DNA of 37,727 nucleotides from an uncultured bacterium (GTDB lineage Bacteria; Margulisbacteria; WOR-1; JAKLHX01): contig CALFCX010000106.1 of the NCBI GenBank assembly GCA_937950635.1, positions 1 through 37,727 of the forward strand, given 5' to 3'. This document shows, piece after piece, positions 32,964 to 37,727 of this stretch (position 1 is the stretch's first letter; every line of letters starts with the position of its first letter). Under the pieces are notes generated by a model. That model did no database searches and had not been told where the DNA came from. It was given only the letters and a program-made list of their open reading frames with translations. The position numbers and the translations under genes were made by a program.

Positions 32964-35708
32964 ATGGCGTCTAAAAAAGTGTCCGGCTCCAAAAAGTTCG
33001 TTTATTTTTTCGGCGGAGGAAAAGCTGACGGCAACGAAAAAATGAAAAATCTGCTTGGAGGAAAGGGCGCGAACCTCGCGGAAATGGCGGGAAATCCAAA
33101 ATTAAGGCTGCCGGTCCCTCCGGGTTTCACCATAACGACCGAGGTCTGCACGTACTACTACCAGAACAAGAAAAAATACCCTCCCGCTCTGGCGGCGCAG
33201 GTAAAAACAGCCCTTGAAAAGACCGAAAAGATCATGGGCAAAAAATTCGGCGATCCTTCCAATCCCCTTCTCATGTCAGTCAGGTCCGGCGCCCGCAGGT
33301 CCATGCCCGGAATGATGGAAACGGTGCTCAACGTCGGCCTGACATCCAAGACAATCCCGGGCCTTATCCAGCAGACCGGAGGCAACGAACGTTTTGTGTA
33401 CGACGCGTACAGAAGGCTCATAATGATGTACAGCGATGTCGTCATGGAAAAAGCCGCCGGCATAGAACCCAAAGACGACATGGGGATCAGAAAACAGCTA
33501 GACAGGCTCATGGACCAGGTAAAAGAGCATAAAGGCTATAAGACCGACACCGACATGACCGCTCAGGACCTGAAGGAATTGTGCGAAGTTTTCAAAAAGA
33601 AGGTAAAAGACGTAATAGGGAAAGATTTCCCGGATGACCACATGGAACAGCTCTGGGGTGGCATAAGCGCCGTATTCTCTTCATGGAACGGCAAAAGAGC
33701 CATCTCCTACAGAAAGATAGAAAATATACCGGATGAATGGGGAACGGCCGTTAACGTGCAGACGATGGTGTTCGGCAACATGGGCAGCGACTGCGCTACC
33801 GGAGTGGCCTTCACCAGGAACCCCGGCAACGGTGACAATCATTTCTACGGCGAATATCTGGTGAACGCCCAGGGAGAGGACGTGGTCGCCGGCACCAGGA
33901 CACCAGCCCCTGTCAACGAGGTCAGCAAAAGCGACCACAACAAGGACCTTGTCAGCCTTGAGAAAGGCATGCCCGCCATATATAAAGAACTGTTCGAGAT
34001 ACAGAAGAGGCTTGAAAAACACTACCGCGACATGCAGGACATAGAGTTCACCATCGAAAAAGGAAAGCTCTTCATGCTCCAGTGCCGTATAGGAAAAAGG
34101 AACGGGCCTGCTGCTGTAAAAATGGCCGTGGACATGGTCAAGGAAAAGCTGATAAAGAAGGAAGAAGCCGTAATGAGGGTCACCCCGTCACAGCTTGACG
34201 AGCTTCTTCACCCGATAGTGGATCCCAATGCCGAAAAAACTCATAAGCCTTTCGTAAAAGGGCTTCCTGCAGGACCGGGCGGAGCCGCCGGAATGATAGT
34301 ATTCTCGGCAAGCGATGCCGTCGAATGGGCAAAAAAAGGCAAAAAGGTCATATTGGTAAGGGAAGAGACGAACCCGGAAGATGTTGAAGGAATGAGGGCT
34401 GCTGAAGCCATTTTGACGGCAAGAGGCGGAATGACATCGCACGCCGCACTCGTAGCAAGGGGCTGGGGAAAATGCTGCATAGTAGGCTGCGGCGCGCTTT
34501 CTATCGATCACTCCAGGAAAACGATAACCGTCGAAGGGAAGACCCTTAAAGAGGGCGACTGGATAACTCTCAACGGTACCAAAGGCATCGTTTTCGAAGG
34601 CAATCTCCCAATGATAGACGCCAGCCAGGAAAGCGGTCTGCTCAACGACTTCCTCAAGCTGTGCGACCCGATCAGAAAGCTTAAGATCAGGACCAACGCC
34701 GATACCCCCAAGGACGCCGCGATAGCAAGGAGCTTCGGTGCCGAAGGCATCGGTCTTTTCAGGATAGAACACATGTTCTACGGCGAGGGTTCCGACGAGC
34801 CGCTTTTCCGCCTCAGGAAGATGATACTGTCAAAGACCCTCGAAGAAAGGCAGGCTGCGCTCAAGGAACTTTTCCCATACATGAAGTCGGATATCAAGGC
34901 AACTCTCGAAGCTATGAACGGCCTTCCTGTCACGATAAGGCTGATCGACCCTCCCCTGCATGAGTTCGTGCCGCACGAAGAAGCAAAGCTGGCTGAGCTG
35001 GCAAAAGCCCTGAACATCAGCCTGGAAGACCTTAAAAAGAGAGCTTCCGTGCTCAGGGAAAGCAATCCGATGATGGGTCACCGCGGGGTCAGGCTGGGGA
35101 TCACATATCCCGAAATAACCCAGACCGAAGCAAGGGCGATATTCGAAGCAGCTGCTGAGCTCATTAAATCCGGCAAAAAGGCCTACCCCGAGATAATGGT
35201 CCCGGTAGTAGCCAATGTGAACGAAATAAAAGACCAGTACGCTATCATCAAAAAGATCTATGACGAAGTAAAGACAAAGACCGGCGTAAAGAACCTGCCC
35301 TACTCCGTCGGCACCATGATCGAGATCCCCAGAGCGGCTCTCGTTGCAGACAAGATAGCCGAGTCGGCTCATTTCTTCTCGTTCGGCACCAACGACCTGA
35401 CCCAGCTGACCTACGGGTTCAGCAGGGACGATATGGGCGGATTTCTCGGCGCCTACCTTGAAAAAGGCATCCTGGCGGTGGATCCGTTCCAGAGCATAGA
35501 TACCGAAGGTGTCGGAGAGATGATAAAGACCGGCATAAACAGGGGAAGAAAGACCAAGAAAGACCTTAAGATAGGAATTTGCGGCGAACACGGAGGCGAT
35601 CCGGCTTCTATCGAGTTCTGCTATAAAGCCGGGATGAACTATGTAAGCTGCTCACCTTTCAGAGTGCCGATCGCAAGGTTGGCCGCTGCGCAAGCTGTGC
35701 TAAAATAA
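32964..35708 (+). CDS. ppdK: pyruvate, phosphate dikinase
   Basis: 914 aa. LLGGKGANLAEM ATP-grasp start, the phosphohistidine segment GGMTSHAALVARG, and a C-terminal PEP-utilizer TIM barrel (GTNDLTQ, CGEHGGDP). Confidence 0.95.
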   Translation: MASKKVSGSKKFVYFFGGGKADGNEKMKNLLGGKGANLAEMAGNPKLRLPVPPGFTITTEVCTYYYQNKKKYPPALAAQVKTALEKTEKIMGKKFGDPSNPLLMSVRSGARRSMPGMMETVLNVGLTSKTIPGLIQQTGGNERFVYDAYRRLIMMYSDVVMEKAAGIEPKDDMGIRKQLDRLMDQVKEHKGYKTDTDMTAQDLKELCEVFKKKVKDVIGKDFPDDHMEQLWGGISAVFSSWNGKRAISYRKIENIPDEWGTAVNVQTMVFGNMGSDCATGVAFTRNPGNGDNHFYGEYLVNAQGEDVVAGTRTPAPVNEVSKSDHNKDLVSLEKGMPAIYKELFEIQKRLEKHYRDMQDIEFTIEKGKLFMLQCRIGKRNGPAAVKMAVDMVKEKLIKKEEAVMRVTPSQLDELLHPIVDPNAEKTHKPFVKGLPAGPGGAAGMIVFSASDAVEWAKKGKKVILVREETNPEDVEGMRAAEAILTARGGMTSHAALVARGWGKCCIVGCGALSIDHSRKTITVEGKTLKEGDWITLNGTKGIVFEGNLPMIDASQESGLLNDFLKLCDPIRKLKIRTNADTPKDAAIARSFGAEGIGLFRIEHMFYGEGSDEPLFRLRKMILSKTLEERQAALKELFPYMKSDIKATLEAMNGLPVTIRLIDPPLHEFVPHEEAKLAELAKALNISLEDLKKRASVLRESNPMMGHRGVRLGITYPEITQTEARAIFEAAAELIKSGKKAYPEIMVPVVANVNEIKDQYAIIKKIYDEVKTKTGVKNLPYSVGTMIEIPRAALVADKIAESAHFFSFGTNDLTQLTYGFSRDDMGGFLGAYLEKGILAVDPFQSIDTEGVGEMIKTGINRGRKTKKDLKIGICGEHGGDPASIEFCYKAGMNYVSCSPFRVPIARLAAAQAVLK

Positions 35709-35734
35709 CAGCCGACGCCGGCACCAAGGCAAGT

Positions 35735-36727
35735 ATGCAAAATCTTCGGCAGGAAGCCGAGCATAGGGAAATAAAAGATCTTTCTCCTGATGCGGCGTTG
35801 TCCCGCGAAAGCGCGGGCAGACGCCGCTCGGAGAAGGAGTGCAGCATAAGGACCTGTTATCAGCACGACAGGGACAGGATAATACACTCAAGGGCTTTCC
35901 GGAGGCTCAAGCATAAGACCCAGGTTTTCATATCCCCTGCAGGGGACCACTACAGAACGAGGTTGACGCATACTCTTGAAGTCGCGCAGATAGCAAGGAC
36001 CGTAGCAAGGGCCCTTAACCTTAACGAAGACCTGACCGAAGCTATTGCCCTGGGACACGATCTCGGGCATACGCCTTTCGGCCATGCCGGCGAGAACGTG
36101 CTTAACAACCTGCTGAAAAAATACGGCATGTCATTCGACCACAACATACAAAGCCTGCATGTGATAGACAATATAGAAAAACTCAACCTGACGGAGGAGG
36201 TCCGTGACGGCATATTGAATCATCCGTGGACCTTCCCTTCCGCGGGAACGTTGGAGGGGAAAATAGTAAGGTTCGCCGACAGGATAGCCTATATAAACCA
36301 CGATATCGATGACGCCGTGAGATCCGGTCTTTTAAAAAGATCGGCTATACCGAAAAAGTTCCGTGATTTCATAGGCAAAAGCCCTGTTGACGCTTTTGTG
36401 AAGGACGTCATCAAGACCAGTTCAGGCAAAGGGACCGTTGAAATGAGCAAAAAAGCCCTCGGTGCGCTTCACGGACTTTACAAGTTCATGTTCAGGAACG
36501 TTTACATGGGCCCGAAATCAAAAGCCGAGAATAAAAAAGTTGAGCATGTCCTGACCGCTCTTTTCAGGCACTATCTAAACAATCCCAGAGAGATCCCGGG
36601 ACATAAAAAGACATCATCTCTTAAGAAGACGGTCGAGGCGGTCAGGGATTATATCGCCGGAATGACCGACAGATACGCTATAGACACTTTTGAGGCCCTT
36701 TTTGTACCAAAAGAATGGCAGGAATGA
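35735..36727 (+). CDS. dGTPase-like HD-domain triphosphohydrolase
   Basis: YQHDRDRIIHSRAFRRLKHKTQVF, TRLTHTLEVAQIAR, LGHDLGHTPFGH and ADRIAYINHDIDD are signatures of the dGTP triphosphohydrolase family. Confidence 0.88.
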   Translation: MQNLRQEAEHREIKDLSPDAALSRESAGRRRSEKECSIRTCYQHDRDRIIHSRAFRRLKHKTQVFISPAGDHYRTRLTHTLEVAQIARTVARALNLNEDLTEAIALGHDLGHTPFGHAGENVLNNLLKKYGMSFDHNIQSLHVIDNIEKLNLTEEVRDGILNHPWTFPSAGTLEGKIVRFADRIAYINHDIDDAVRSGLLKRSAIPKKFRDFIGKSPVDAFVKDVIKTSSGKGTVEMSKKALGALHGLYKFMFRNVYMGPKSKAENKKVEHVLTALFRHYLNNPREIPGHKKTSSLKKTVEAVRDYIAGMTDRYAIDTFEALFVPKEWQE

Positions 36728-37678
36728 AAGAACAGAACCCGGCAATAGAAGAACTGAGGCAAAAAGCGGATATAGTCGAGGTCGCATCCGATTATATGGC
36801 CCTTAAAAAAAGGGGCAAGAACCATCTTGCCCTGTGCCCGTTCCACAGCGAGAAAACGCCGTCCTTCACGGTAAGCCAGGAAAAACAGCTTTTTCACTGC
36901 TTCGGATGCGGCGAAGGGGGGAATGTCTTTTCGTTCCTGATGAAGATAGAGAACATCTCTTTCTGGGAAGCAGCCAAGATACTCGCGGATAAATATTCAG
37001 TAGACCTTAACATCCCGGATTTCAAACCCGGACAGGACTTTTCAAGAAAGAAACTGCTTTTTGACATAACTGCCGAAGCCGCGGACTTTTTCTGCCGTCA
37101 GCTCTCCGGCTCCAAGACCGCCTCGGATTACATAAGCTCGCGCGGTCTTAAAGAAAAAGCCGTATCCTTTTTCAGGATAGGATATTCTCCGGAAGGATGG
37201 GACGGTCTTTACAGGCATCTTCTATCAAAAGGCTTCATGCCCAAGGATATAGAAGCCGCCGGCCTCATATTGCCCAGGGCTGACAGGGAAAACTCCTACT
37301 ACGACAGGTTCCGCAACAGGCTTATGATCCCTGTTTTTGATATAAAAGGCAACATAGCGGGTTTCGGCGCAAGGTCCCTGGACGGCGCGGAACCGAAATA
37401 TCTTAATTCTCCCGACTCCCCCGTTTACAATAAGAGCAATATATTGTACGGGCTCAACTTCAGCAAAGAAGAGATCAAAAAACAGGACAGCGTTCTTATA
37501 GTCGAAGGCTATATGGACCTGATCGCCTGTTTCAGCGCCGGGATAAAGAACGCCGCAGCGAGTTCCGGGACCGCTCTTACGTCCTCCCACGCAAAAACGC
37601 TGCAAAGACTGACCGATAATTTTTATCTGGTCTTCGACGGGGATAATGCCGGATCTCTGGCTACCGAAAGGAGCATAT
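36715..37678 (+). CDS. dnaG: DNA primase DnaG, N-terminal half only (truncated by contig end and adapter)
   Basis: Zinc-binding CPFHSEKTPSF...FHCFGCGEGGN, RNA polymerase core and start of the TOPRIM domain (VEGYMD, FDGDNAG). The apparent stop TAG at 37678-37680 is built from one genomic T plus the first AG of the adapter. The start may instead be the ATG at 36724, which overlaps the upstream stop codon. Confidence 0.9.
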
Positions 37679-37727
37679 AGATCGGAAGAGCGTCGTGTAG
37701 GGAAAGAGTGTAGATCTCGGTGGTCGC
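37679..37727 (+). other. Illumina adapter sequence (not biological)
   Basis: AGATCGGAAGAGCGTCGTGTAGGGAAAGAGTGTAGATCTCGGTGGTCGC is the TruSeq universal adapter / P5 reverse complement. Confidence 0.97.

Noticed and set aside
1-37727. CRISPR array or cas genes
   Set aside because: I found no series of regularly spaced short direct repeats anywhere in the window. The repeats present are single pairs (att-like repeats and inverted repeats).

Overview
This is a bacterial contig that looks like a metagenome assembly, because its last 49 nt are an Illumina adapter. Positions 1-17.6 kb and 32.6-37.7 kb are ordinary housekeeping DNA. They carry pstC-pstS, a YqeG-type HAD phosphatase, ruvA-ruvC, an RluD-type pseudouridine synthase, an FAD oxidase, argC-argJ-argB, an AMMECR1/LigB-Memo pair, a phosphohexomutase, a degenerate NtrC-like response regulator, a GlmU N-terminal-domain homolog, yqeK-LCP-rsfS, ppdK, a dGTPase-like HD protein and a truncated dnaG. 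Between them (about 17650-32603) lies a ~15 kb, visibly AT-richer island inserted at the 3' end of tRNA-Ala(GGC). At its tRNA-proximal end is a large serine recombinase whose ORF reads across the junction into the antisense tRNA. Beside the recombinase is a small GC-rich module whose + strand is extremely poor in A. This module holds a structured element flanked by inverted repeats, a DprA-like gene and a Cys-rich mini-protein. The rest of the island is one tightly packed ten-gene minus-strand cluster. In order it encodes an excisionase-type HTH, hsdR, hsdM and hsdS. hsdS is translationally coupled to a 226-aa and a 919-aa protein of unknown function. These are followed by a PD-(D/E)xK-like 334-aa protein, a 152-aa small nuclease-fold-like protein, a patatin phospholipase and a 130-aa single-TM protein. 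The whole 12 kb cargo is bracketed by ~60-bp inverted repeats that form two pseudo-palindromic recombinase-type sites. The last ~215 nt of the recombinase gene is also duplicated in inverted orientation. The best candidates for an undescribed system are the uncharacterized genes fused to the type I R-M operon, the possibly invertible defense cassette, and the A-depleted module. All functional calls come from reading motifs by eye; no database search was possible.
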